A stretch of DNA of 63,794 bases, the filler included, from Asterionella formosa (lineage: Eukaryota), in assembly GCA_002256025.1 (NCBI GenBank). It is 8 parts of 8 records of this genome, joined end to end, with 100 filler letters (N's around TTAATTAATTAA, not from the genome) between each part and the next. Parts side by side here need not be neighbours in the genome. Positions count along the whole stretch, not along the records: positions 19,192 to 38,260 come from NKIB01003847.1; 7 more parts are not named here. The stretch is one strand, 5' to 3'. The position numbers and the translations under genes are program-made. The notes under the pieces were generated by a model. The model saw only the letters and a list, made by a program, of their open reading frames with translations, was not told the DNA's origin and did no database searches. Within the stretch, counting starts at the first letter, position 1, and each line of letters opens with the position of its first letter. This document shows positions 24,132 to 37,273 of the stretch, piece by piece.

Positions 24132-25874
24132 GGGAATATTTATGGCAAACGCGATTGAACTGGCAGCGAGAGGAGGACGAAAATCGCCGCTGAGTAGAAC
24201 GTCTCAGAAGAATTGAGCGGTCATTCCCAAACACGAAATCACTGGCACGGGGCACAGGACTTCCCTGTAGGACACAGTACCGTCTGTCAACCGATGAAAC
24301 GACTCGAGGAAACATTCGACTTGGAGACCTTTTCGCGAACACTTCCATTCGCCGTCACTAGAGGAAACAGAACAGACCATGACAAACACATCAAAGCAAC
24401 AATGTAGCGCACCATTTTGCATAACACGAGTTGAAAAGGTTGGTTGGGCACGGAGCACAACGAGGAAAAAGTGTGGCCGCAGAGATATGTAGTGCAACCA
24501 ACCTTGAATTCACTTACCGGTACGGTACTGGTACCAGCCACCGGTGCCTACCGGTAATGCACCGTTTTAGAGACTTCCTTAGTCCCATCCATCGATCTGT
24601 CATTCATCCGTACGTAGTGAGGCAGGCAAGATTCCTCGAGTTAGTGTTTCTTACTACCTAGGTATCATGCATTTGCTGGAGTACCAAGTATTAGGTACCT
24701 GGTACTCCGTACCAGTACCAGATACTCCTACTCACGTCATGCATAAAACGAAGTATGGTACCAGGTACCGGTACCTGGTGGCGGCGAGGATGGAAGCGAC
24801 AGGACGACATTTATTGTGGACAGCTCGCCGTCCTCGGTGTCAATACTAGCGCACCCTTTGCTTGACGTGTGAATTTACTCATCCTGGTTTCACAATACAT
24901 AGAATTGATCCTTGCGGTACCTGGTACCAGTACCCTGGTAGTAAGCATGTTGGATCACCGTCTGGGCCTATTCCTTGCCAGCTCATGTAACGGATCAACA
25001 TTGGAATTCCACAAGCCAATGAAAGCTAGCATTGCTTTTCCAGCGAAACACAAGGTGCGCGGCAGCAACAACGAGCAATGTAGCTCCTTACTGGTGATGC
25101 CAGGTACGAACCAGGTAACAGGTACCTGCTACCTGGTACCTGGTACCCCATTGTTCTGACCCTGGGAGAACCAAGCGGAATAGTAGCGAGTGCAGCAACA
25201 CGTTGTTACCATGTACCATTATTGCCTTTACTTTAACTATCATCATGATCAGGTGATTTAAACTAATACTCAGGTCAAATTCTGTACCGTAAATACCGGT
25301 CCACATCAAATATTTACATATCTAACATTAGACTATTAGGGGATATAAAGGAAGAAACAGGCAACGGAAGTTATTGCGAATAGCACGGCTTGCGCTTGCT
25401 GCCCTGCATGCTCCAATATCCTGTATTCTTCATATACAGACAGCACATTACAGACGCATATGACTGAAGGTGCCAGGTACACTCGCGGTGAATATGGAGT
25501 AGAACACACGAGCGAGTCTTGTTCTCAATATCGAGATTTAAGGCCAACCCTGACAGGATTACCGGTATCGAGTTTTGGGGTTTGGCTGGTCCGTTGAAGA
25601 TAGTTGACCATCATTGAGAGAGTATCGTACAGCAGACGACAAAACAATCTCAGTTGTTTGATGAAGAAGCAGGAATAGGCTATCTAACCAGGTAAGAACG
25701 ACCACGGGCCATTGTCGACTCGCATTTTACACTGCAACTTCCTTTTGTATTTCGCTTCTGATGGAACGAGGCATCGGCAAAAGAGGGTTGATTTTGCTGA
25801 GTACGGCGCACACTGGCTTTCTAACAATTTATTTACATATGTACTTCTGCGATTACCACAGCAGCCGTTTTACA

Positions 25875-28533
25875 ATGGGCCTCTTTGGTAGGAAGAAGGA
25901 TAGAGCAAAGGCGACACAGTCAAATGGATCAAATGGAGGTACCGGTACTCTAGTTGCCAAGGAATCAGCGCCACAACAGACTTCTCTCAACCAAACAAAG
26001 AAAACACCACCAGCACAGGTTGCTTCCCAGAAACAGAAAGCAACGAGTGGCAAAACGACTGCCAATTCGAAGGAGCCCACGCTCGCCATGGTAACCGAAC
26101 TGATCCAAGATTTGGCTACGGCAGAACAAACGTCCGGTGATCGACCTGCTAGCGCCCTGCGATCCTTGTTTGCGCTTTCGGAACATTCGTCAGATGGACA
26201 AAATAGAGTCCAAATGGTTAGAATCGATGGGGCTAAATTGGTACCAGTTTTGTTGGCCTTCCTTCAACGATGCGCACGAGGAAGCAGTGAACAATATCTT
26301 GCTCTGCTGGTGCTCAATAATGTTAGCATTCCAAGTGAAAACAAGAGAGTAAGTTATCGTACACATTTGCAAACGAATCTACTTTTCCTTGTTTACATAA
26401 AAAAATCCCGATCGATCACCATCTAACCTATCATTGTTTTAAATCCCCCACAACAGCTTATTGCCTTGGACTGTGATGCAGCTCGAGTCTTTTCCAATCT
26501 TCTATGCGAAGACCCATCATGCCACTTGATGGCTATTATTTTGGTCAATTTGACTTTTGCAGACGCCGAGCTAAGGCGAGAATTGGTTGCTCCTAATAAA
26601 AATATCCGGATTGTGGAATCCCTTGCGTATGCTTTGAGAGTTTCTTCGTTAACACACGAAGAGTACGAATCGCGTCAACCACAACTGGTTGACAACGGTG
26701 ACACCAAATCTGCAGGTGCTCTACTATCTGGCTTGATGGATGAAGACCGACGTCTCCGTCTTGCCTTGTCGGATTTGGATCACAACAGTAGTAACAATGT
26801 CCGTGGAAAGGGATTGCTGTTGGATCCTGCCAGACTACAATACCCAGAAACTGCGAGATGGTGCCTTTCCGCGATTAAGAATCTTACTCGGCCTGGAAAG
26901 GAATCACCAGCTGCCAGTGTTCTTATCGAGACCGGCATTGTCCCCCTTATTATGAAAATAGTGACTGTCGGCGAGCATACGGATATACAGTCGCAATGGC
27001 CCGCAATCGAGTCTATTGAAAATCAGAGTTCCCATGCCACTTCCGGGGATTCACTACTAGCACCTGGCGCTGGTGCTGGTGCTTCACCTGATGATGGGTA
27101 AGTCAGTTCCTTTCATGTTTCCCATTCTGGTAATCGCATCAAATTAATTCTTCAGACTCTTTGTTTACAGCACTAGAGATGCTTTTAACAATTCTCCTAC
27201 AAACTGGGATTCAAACTCCATGCAAGATGCAGCGCTCTTTGTTGCTATGAACTTGTCTGCTTCGGATGTCTCAAGAGAATACGTTAGAGAAATTAATGCT
27301 GTCCATCTGCTTACCCTTATTGCTGAGTATCGCCAACACAGTCCCACCCAATTGACGTTTGACGACAGCAAACAGCTAGACTTCCAGTCTCTCAAAGCAA
27401 GAATGGCTCTTGCGTACTTAGTCGGGTCCGAAGGACACTTTGGCCAACCTCGGACGAAAATTGGATCTACAGCTTTCCCTAGTCCTATTGATTCAGTCAT
27501 TATTTTGTCCGAGAATGAGATTTTCCTCATGCTGGAACTGCTTTCTAATACTCTCAGTCAACGAGCAAAGGAAGGTCCCGGTGGTTACTCAGCGGCAACT
27601 TTTAATGTCAAGTGGGTTCTTTTTGCAATTAGATGTTTGCTTACACATACGTTAAATCAAATGAAATTTATAAATGCGGGGGGTGCCAGACTCAATGCTC
27701 TGCTGCTCAAGGCCCTGGCTCTACACTCGCTAAAGAATTCATCGTCGATCGATGCCGATGCCGCTGAATGCGCAGCTTTTTCTTTGTATCTCCAATCCAG
27801 CCATGGCTTCACGACCAAATTCCTCCCTGCAGCTTTTGGCAACAACGAGAATGTTGCCGGTAAGGGGAGTTTAATCGCCAAGGTTCTCAGTGCTTATATT
27901 CGTATGGAAACCACTACTCCTCCGGGACGACATGCAGCCGAGCAACTCTTGCTTCGATTACGTTGTTTGCACATGTCAGGCTCCCTTTCTGATCTTGTTG
28001 CAACTGGGGCGAATATCCAGCCTGCCGAGGAATACGGTTTTGACCAAGATCTCATAAAAGCGGCAGAAACCATTTTGGTGGAGAAACGAAATGGTGCCAG
28101 GCCAATAGGCGATATTTTTGATCGTCCCATTCTCAGAAGCCGAGCTCCGAAGAAAGGCATGAACTTTGCTCCTTGGGACAACCGATCCTCTATTAGAATT
28201 TACCCAAGCGCCTTGCTTGCAGTGCAACACCTATCTTTTGGCAGTACCAAGGTTCGTCACATGGATGCAATAGATGACATTGCTATCGCCAACAACATTG
28301 CAAATAGTGCCAATGGCCAAAAGACAGAATCCTACAACTATTGGTGGTCGTGGCAGGATTCGGCAGATGAAATCCAAAAGAACTTGGAGCGTGAACGGTC
28401 ACTGGAATCGTCGTCTATATTCAGTGCAAATATGGGAATCACTCGAAACTCTGGCATTAGGGACAACCCAATGGCCCTTTTCGGGTTTGATTGCGGTTCA
28501 CTATGTGCCACCAATACTACCAACGAGATTTAG
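25875..28533 (+). CDS. ARM/HEAT-like helical-repeat protein with N-terminal MG (possible myristoylation), 3 exons
   Basis: MGLFGRKK start. Introns 26349-26456 and 27098-27170 (GTAAGT...CAG). ARM-like segments (LALLVLNNVSIPSENKR, WCLSAIKNLTRP, DAALFVAMNLS). Confidence 0.8.
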
Positions 28534-28959
28534 TAGGTAGTGTCAGTCCGACTTTAGAGCATTCTGGATGCAGCGAGGCCCGATGAGCATGCCCTGAATT
28601 TTGGAGATCCCCTGATTAATACGACTGGCTTCATTTACTCTTGTTGCTTTACGGTTCAGCTCTCACGACGATAGAGCAGGAGATTGTATTCTTGTCTTAG
28701 AAATAATTGCACTGTAATAGTTCTCAACATTGTGCTCGTTCAATTGCCCCCTTGGGCCCCGGAAAGTTCAAAGCAAGGGTATGAAGTGGACTGAGACTCA
28801 ATACTGTTTTGGTTCTAGGGGTGTGTACAGTCTCCTTCCTATTAAAAAATTCTCAACATAAATTGCATGTTTCCTAAAACGTCTCATGAACTTGCTGGAG
28901 GGTTGTTTTGGGACTACCCGAATGGTGCAAATGAAAAACAATCAATTCAAGGGCTTGTG

Positions 28960-29708
28960 CAATCCTCCTCCAAAAAGTCGACCTGATTGGCTTTTTCAAC
29001 AGTCGCCAAAATATTGGAATCAGAATTAGTACGTGCAAAAATGTCCTCGTAGACTTAGAGTCTTGCATAGGTATGTTTTGCTGAATAATTCTCTGTCCGA
29101 AAAGACTCCAGGGTGAGTTCCTGCATCACTACACATATTCTGATTGATTGAATTGAATTTACTCACCTGCTCCAGATCGGCCAAAGTATCCCAGTCTTGT
29201 AAAATTATGCCAGCCATACTTGAACCACATGTATTAGATGTACCATACCAGCAGGTAAAATCAGTACCAGTACACCGGTACTGGTACTAGTTTCATCCTG
29301 TCTTCCATCATCATGAACTGAGAATATGTACTACCGGTACACCAGTACTTTGGTACCTGGTACCGTGCTGATCTTTATTAAACCAATAGACAGCAGCTAA
29401 GCTTCAATATCCCGTATAAAGATGAACCATGAGCATACATGTTGGCATACTCCTGATTTATATATGTGTTTTGGCATTGAGCAACATCATGTCTACATCC
29501 AGAAATGTCAATATAGTATAAACATTTAAGTATCATTTTGTTTGTTTAAAATGGAACTCTGTCTATCTGGCGCCGATTCCTATTTAATTCAAATATTCGA
29601 ATGGACACTCGAATCATGGGAATTCATTGTAGAAAACTCCCTGTCCCATGCTGTTTTTACAACCCTAGCAATATTTTCTCCAAACTAGGGTTAAGCCAGG
29701 CTGCAACC
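28960..29708. mobile_element. Non-autonomous remnant related to the Kolobok-like element
   Basis: 28960-29050 resembles 48812-48900 (TCCAAAAA..CGAC...GTCGCCAAAATAT.GGAATCAGAATTA). 29660-29712 resembles 57655-57708 (CAACCCTA.GCAATATTTT...CTAGGGTT...GCAACC-TTAA). Confidence 0.6.
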
Positions 29709-31341
29709 TTAAAAGGAACATCAGTACCAGTTGTACAATAGTTTGTATTCTTGCAGCTCCTTGATATTACTTGAGGCCACTGTATATGGCGGCGTCATCA
29801 CGATCATCAACATTGCTTATATTTGAGTATAATAGCCAATGAGTTAATACCTAGTCTTTGCGCCATCGACAAGAGTTGTAAACTAGACCCTACTCCATCC
29901 CATTTTCGGGTTATAACAGGCTTGAACATCAAGCTTAGCTAAAGTTTAAGTATACTGTATAGGAAAGGGTGGACAATAAGATTGCTTCTGGTGCTTCTGC
30001 CATCATGTCAGTAGATCAATAATAGGTTGGATTATGTCTACCAGTACTAGTATCTTAGTTGAGTCTATCTATGTATTGCATGAAGACGAATAAAGTCAAT
30101 AATATCTTTTATGCATGTACACCACTAAGCAAAGAATTTAGCAAAAGACGCTCGTTTGCACCACTGGCTGGTACCTGGTTACCAGGTACCCGGTGTGTGC
30201 ATTGCAATGCAACTCGTCCTCTAACGGTATACCGGTATGCTAAGTAACCGATAACCTGGTTTGCATAGTAAATCCAATATCCTTGCTATGTAGCCGGGTC
30301 GCCTAATCTAAATCCAGCCAATCAACTTACCTTGACGATGAGTTGAGCATCATACATAGCCGGTCGCCTTAACGACGCACGAAAAGAACGGTTGGTGGCG
30401 ACCTGCCGCTATGCATCGTTCTTATTATCCATACCGGTATATAGATCCATCATGATCATCGGTGATACACACACACGCAAAGTGGTACAAATACATGAGT
30501 ACCCTGGTACCTGGTACCGCCCTGTATTTAGGTATGGATGTACTGGTATGTATGCAAACATTGGAGAAAGAGTGACATGACCACATGTAATTACGATTTG
30601 TTTTACCGGTATGTATGCCTACTATGCCGAAATTCTTTGCTTGTGACCCTGCACAAATAGTATATAACCAGAACGCACCCTGATTCCAACTCCGTGTACC
30701 CTTAGACTTTAATTGAACCTATGATACGACCGGCCTGATAATTCCTATTGTTACAGAGACACCTAATATACCCCTCCCCGTATATGATAATAGAGACTCA
30801 CTATAATACCGGCATATGCCGGTGCAAGTGTCAATGAATAAGAGTATTAGTATAGCTATTTTAGCAAGGCCATAGATAACGTCAACGGCAATGGCTCAAG
30901 CTTCAAACGGTTTTCGTTGAACACAGCGACGCAACTCCATTTCCTTTCGTTGTAACGATCAGCATTCATCACCATTGGGAGAGATGTGAGTAAAGCAATA
31001 CTTTTTTTAACAAGAATCAAGCAACAACGAATTAGTTTTGGTCCATTTCATCATAAGTTCTCACATTATTTGCCGTGCCCTTCCGCACTTCCAACCTTCA
31101 CTTCGCGGTCAACAGACCAGCTCTACCATAAGCCTGGCCGTTTAATCCCCTCTTGCTTGTACTTTCAATCATCACATCGAAAAAGACCATTAAACTTCCT
31201 TTCAGGAGAGATCGGTCGCAACTGAAAAGTTGCTGAGAACAAGCAACTGTAACCAACAGACAGAAGAACTCCCTGGAGATCCTGAAGATTCTTGTTCAAA
31301 CATCAACAGATCCTCCCTCCTGTCCTCGTCAAAGTGCTTCC

Positions 31342-34300
31342 ATGAGAAGCGCACGATCCACACGCGCATCATCGCGTCGACAAGCGGTCGCTCATGTCGA
31401 AGATGGTTCAGAGAAGGATGACACCAAGTATGGTACGACACGACGTGGAGCGAACAAAGATGGAGATGATGCTTCATCACCCATATCAATCCATGACGGT
31501 GCTCGTTCAGACCAGGAACCGATACCAAGTGATACTAAGAGAAAACCGGCGAGGTCTCAAACTTCATCTCCAATGTCGAGTCAAAATGGAGATGCATCGG
31601 ATCAGGAACTTTTGTCCCCACCGAAGTCATCTAGTCGCAAAGCGAAGCGATCACGAGTTGTCACTTTGTCGACGAGTGAAGGTGATCCTTCGCGGCAGGA
31701 TTCGAAGACAGAGAAGGAAACTGTTAGGCGTTCAAAGAGAGCCCGAAGGCCTCCTCAACTGCCGGGTCAGGAAAGTCGGTCGCCGTACTTGACCTGGAAC
31801 AAGGGACCTTCCGTCGCCAACTCGGAGCTGGCTGTCGAAGAAGAGAACCAAGAAAATGTCACCCAACATCAATTCATCATATCGATTGATCATGAATTCT
31901 CTCAAGTAAAGGATCATGGTGAGACTGATGCACAGGATAACTTTGGCGATAATTCCCCTGAAACTGCTAAGGGTATCATCAAAACTGGGGAAACTGGGAC
32001 AGCCACTTGCGTTGATAATGCGGGCGCTCTAATGGGCAACCCTTCTGCTAATAAATTAAATATTGAAGAAGAAGGGATCATGGCTGAGGCGGTATGTAAC
32101 GACAGGCGCAAAGAGCATCTGAAACATGATGAAGTTGATTTCAATGATGAGCCTGACGACAGCGCTGTCCTTCGAATACCTCAACACGAAATAGCGGAGT
32201 CGAAGATTGTGCGAACAGAAGAAGTTAAATGTGTTGATGTTGATTATGAGAAATCTTTGAATGATGTGAAATTGCTGCATTCACCTGGGGAACAACTGAG
32301 CGCAAAGTCGGATTCGTCCACGGAAGTGACAATGGCTGCGGCAGTAGATTCTTTGTGTGTTGTTTCTTCAACAATGATCTCCAAGTCTACGGAGAAAACC
32401 GAAATTAAAGGTGGGAGAGAATCCCGTGACTCAAAATTGATTCGCGAGGCCAAGGCAGTTGTTGCCGGATCTGCTACCCATTTACTCGCGGTGGCGAGTT
32501 CATGTCAAACGGGTTTTATGGGGTCAGGGATGGACGATACGGCAAATTCCGAAAGTCAGGCATCGCGACAGAAGATTGTAGAACCGACAGTATCGTCAGA
32601 AGGAGATGCTGATACACATCAACAACTCTCAAACCTCAACGTGAACAAGATATCTGACGCTAAACAAACGCTTGTGGCTGTTGACACATCAGTTCAGGGT
32701 GTTGAGTCAAACGTTGTTACTTTTATTGAAAACCACGTGCTAGTTATGAATACAGAAGCTGACGCCACAAGGCAAGTCTCTGTATCTGCAGATAATTCAT
32801 GTGGTCGCGCTAGGAGACGAAAAACGGGCTTAGACGAGTACACGCAACATTCGGACTATGCAGAAGATACCGGTGGCAGCGCAATTGGAAACGCTTTCGT
32901 AGAAACGTTGCCGCTACTGTGTTCGATTGATTCATCGTCTGCTACGGATATCAAGAAAATTCATTTAATGGAAACTGAAAGCCCGCCGGATTCTGACGTA
33001 GCCTTCAATAACATGGATGCAAATGATGCTGATGTTGCGAAAGCTGAATGTCCAGTGCCTTTAGAAAGCTACAGCGAAACCGTTCCCTCAACTGAAAATG
33101 AAGGTCAGGACTCTGTGAAGTCTCATGGTTCTCTCGAAACACAGAGAATCTGCATCATCGAGATTGATGCCCCTGTCTGTGGTTGGATTTCTAGCAAAAC
33201 TACCACGAATTCGTTGGAAATTAAGACTCCGATACCCGACACCACCTTAGGCAATTCCGACATGGTGGAACTAGGCACTGGCAGAATTGAAAACTCTGGA
33301 TTTTTGGTAACGTCTGCTGATTTGAAAATAAAGGGAGTCAACTTTGCCTCGATCCCTGAAAACAATCCTGTCAACGGCGAAGGCAACGAACACTATGTCT
33401 GTTCTGTGGAGCCATTTGTCATTGAGCGAACTGACTGCTTGCCCACTGATTCTCCATCCAGTGGCAAACGCGATGAGAAGACCGAAGATTTCAGTGTGAA
33501 AACTGGAATTAGGCATAACGTTCTATTTGTAGAACAAGAATCAATCTTGACTGAGTCTCAGGAATCTGCGTTGCAGCCTAAATCAGAAAGTTTACCCAGT
33601 TTTGATGAAGGATCTGCAATCCAAGAGAAAAGTGAAATTGTTGATGCGTTATCAGCCGATTGTGAGTCACGCAGAGATTCTGTTACAGGAATATCACAGT
33701 CTGAAGACAACACCTCTCCTATTGATTATAATGACGAGTCTGAGGTCAAAGAGTCTTTTTGTCACGATATCCTCAAGGAAACCACTGGGCGTGGTGTGTC
33801 GCAAAGTTCACTGTTGGACTGCACTCCACCCGAAAAGGGGAACCAGGAACACGTTTTGAAAGAGTCAAAGTCATTGGGAGAAATGAATCTAAATGACGAA
33901 ACGGAATTCTCGAAAGATTGTAAAGAAGCATTTTCTACATCAACGAGTGTTGATTTGTCAGCTATCGTCGTCGAGACAGCCGATGCCATCGCAATGCAAT
34001 GTACGCCTTGTCCGGAATTTGTTTTGATATTGCCACTGAAAAATGCTGATAATTCAATTGAGGAATCAAAATTGATTCATGCTTCACTGCCTATTAGGGA
34101 CCAAAATGCTCAAAGTCAAGCGTTTGGAGGGGAGGTGTCGGAGGTCCCAAAATTTGTGTCACCTACGCCATTAGCTATCTCAAATCCGTCTCCATCCAGC
34201 AATTATTTGGAGTCTTCTAAACATCTTGAATCGATTGCTTTGTACTGCGACCCCAAGGCAAGCGATGTGATGTCTGTAGCTGAGCTCACAACAACCCGGA

Positions 34301-36924
34301 ACGAGCCACAACCAGTTCTGAGGCGTGTAATCAGCGAATATTTGCATCAACCCGACAACGCTATTTCAATCAGAGAGGGCTGTGTTAAGAATGACCCAAA
34401 TGGGTCAACCCATTGCCTAGTTACCGATGAAGATGCTTCTAGGCTATCTCAAGGGAAAGGTGGGGACAATATTGTCGCGGAGAATGAAAATTCAGCAAAA
34501 TTCACCAAGGTCAACACAGAATTTGGGTTGCTGATACGAAATACTCAGCAAGATTCTGTGGACGTGGAGCAGCTTGGAATGGAAAGCAAAGTGCCGGCAC
34601 ATGACAATGTGGATAATGCAGAAGTAAAGTGTGAAAACAAGATTTCGTCTGTGCATGACAAGGGTAATGCTGCAGTTTTGGAGGTGACACATATCGACAA
34701 GGTCATCTTACCAGTCACGAATGATAGTATGTTGGCTCAAAGTGAGGAGGCAATTACAATGGACCTAATCGAAGGCACTCCTGAAAGTCATCTCGAGGTA
34801 GACACGATTTTACCATGTAGTGTTTTACCCGATGATGTCCCTAAATTGAACATCAGCAAACTTAAAATTCAGATGTATACTGCAGCTGTTCGCGGACATC
34901 GTGGAAAAGGAGTCGAGAAGCTGTTCGCTCGCTATTGGAGCAATCTATATTGCTGCATAAACCATAAGCAAATGAGGGGATCTCGTGTCTGGCATGAGGT
35001 GCGACAAGAAATTAACGCATTTCTGACGACAAAGAAGTTAAGGCGTCTGCATAACGCTTTCCTACTTGGTATGTACAAGTTCGTTACTGAAAAGCATATA
35101 TGTTTTCTGAACACAGCTTTTGGAGAATTTTGTCTGTTTAACTTGGTTGTTCTTTTTTTGGCAGGGATCATGCAACTCGCCTCGCACACGAACACACTAG
35201 GGAGTGTCGTTCAAAAAATGCCTTTTAGGTGGAGAGGACGTCTCGGTAGAAAGCAAAGAATGGGAGGCAAAGAAATTCTTGAGGAGGGTGTCACGGCTCA
35301 GTGGAAATCAACTTTCGCTGGTCATGCTGGTAGGTTTCGATGTGTTCATCATATTTATCATTCACATGTCCACTGATAAAATCTTTTCTACTGCTTTTGC
35401 GAAGGAGTTTGGTGCCCCAGTGTTGTCAGCGATCCAATTGGTGCATTGGAGAATGGACAAGCAATTGACTTTCCTCCAAATAGGAACCCGTCATTCATTG
35501 AGATTTCATCGTGTTTGCCTGGTGCCCTGATCGTCGATCCACTTGTTCGTTCTATGGTTGAAGACAGTGGATTGAAGGTGTCTGAGAATGCAATTTGGTT
35601 AATGATTGTTGCTACTCGAGAGTACATCACGTCACTGTTGAAGGGAACAATTTCAAACAGACAAGTATTTTCACGTCGTCGGCTCTTAGTCAGCCCAATT
35701 CGGGAGGATGTTGAGCAATTCAACATGGGGATGTCCAAGAGAAATAGCGACGAGGTGCTAGCACCAGAATTGCAACCAGATAAGCGGTTGGACAAGCTGG
35801 ATTGTATCACTGCACTTGACATCGCCTCGTTCCTGAGTACAAGACCCTCATATTCTACTGTTGGTGGCATAGAGTCGCATTTGGCTTACGAGCGCTGCCT
35901 TCAATCATCATTTGGTCCGAGGCAAACGTCCTCACTGGACGAATTCAATCTTGTTTGCCAGCAGATTTCCGTCGGCATCGAGAGGACTGCCCGAAATAAG
36001 AGAAAGGTAACGGGTGTTTACCAGACTAGTGACACGAAAGATCTTATTTTTCTTCCTCCCATTGCTGAAGCCAAGAAATCCAAAGTTGAAACAACTTCAA
36101 GAACTGCCACTCCTTTTTCCCCACAGCCTCGTGTGAGCCAAAGCAATTCTCAGCGTTCATCTCCCGGTATGGGGCGAGGAGCAAAAGACCTCGCAGCCCT
36201 CAAAGCCCGCGTGGTTACGGTCAATTCGGCGTCAAATACACCTTCAGCTGCTCTCGATGATAGACACGCCTCCGCTCAAGGGCCTCCTGTACCAGTACAG
36301 CTCCTCAATTCTGGATCCGCTGATGTTTCGACGCAAGTTGGTAGTGTTCCAATTGATCGTCCAGTTTTCGGGACCCATGGACAACAGTTCCTTCCGCAGC
36401 ATCTAGTTTTGCCCACTCAGATGGCGCCAGCTCCTGGACAACCACAAGTTATGCCAATGCGTCCAAAACCAAGTCTTCCTGACCTCGCAATTCTTGTAAA
36501 GGGACCAATGCATGCAGCACCTAAGCAAGAACCTGCAGTTGCAAATAGACCTGTGGAAGTGGGCGACCGGGTGAATAGCGCTACGTTTGCTGATGAGGAA
36601 TCTGAATCTGCTAATTCTAAGGCTGCAGGTATCAGCTCAAGGGTGGGTCGTGGAAGGGGTTTTGGTGTGAAGAATCTAGCAGCTATAAGAGCCAAAAGTT
36701 CCACAGTCTGTGATGATTCAACAATTCCCCCAAGTAGTGGAGTTGGTTTGGAAAAATTTGATGAAATAAGACCGACTCGTGATAATATGGGTAAAGACAT
36801 CGGCAAACTTCAACTGTTGGTGGCCAACAAACTCACGCCGGACATAGGGTCAACAAAACCAAGAGAACTGACAGAAAGGGCCAATAACGAAATCTCACCA
36901 GTTGCTGAAGAAGCGCATAAGTGA
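31342..36924 (+). CDS. SAGA complex subunit Ada1/Tada1-like protein with a very long low-complexity N-terminal region (3 exons)
   Basis: Introns 35069-35164 and 35330-35404 give a continuous frame. LNISKLKIQ...YWSNL...LRRLHNAFLLGI resembles the Tada1 N-domain; LPGALIVDPLV...GLKVSENAIWLMIVATREYITSLLK resembles its histone fold. Confidence 0.7.
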
Positions 36925-37053
36925 ACTCTTATTCTTGATTTTGTACAGCAACCTCCATTGCCTCAGCCACTGCTGCTTTGATGGTGCCCTGAATGCATAG
37001 GCATGCTTATTGTCTTCTATCATGGTATAATCTAGAGTCTTAACATAAGTGGG

Positions 37054-37273
37054 TGTATTACTATTGGAAGGCATTTACAATCATGCAAAAAGTGATGGGT
37101 CCTTGGAGTTGTCAAGCATACATATAGTCCCATTGACATCATAGATTTGAAATTGATCCTCACAAGCTTGGGACCCATTGACCCTCACATCCATAGGAGA
37201 TGGAGCTCGGCTCCGCCTTGCACAATGCTGGAGGGAGGCCACCCTTGAGTCCGATTTCGCTCCACATGTCACA
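37054..37273 (-). repeat. Possible 3' LTR of an LTR retrotransposon
   Basis: Minus-strand purine tract GGGAGGGAAGAAAGGA directly followed by TGTGAC...; candidate end ...AATACA. No partner LTR in the window. Confidence 0.35.
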
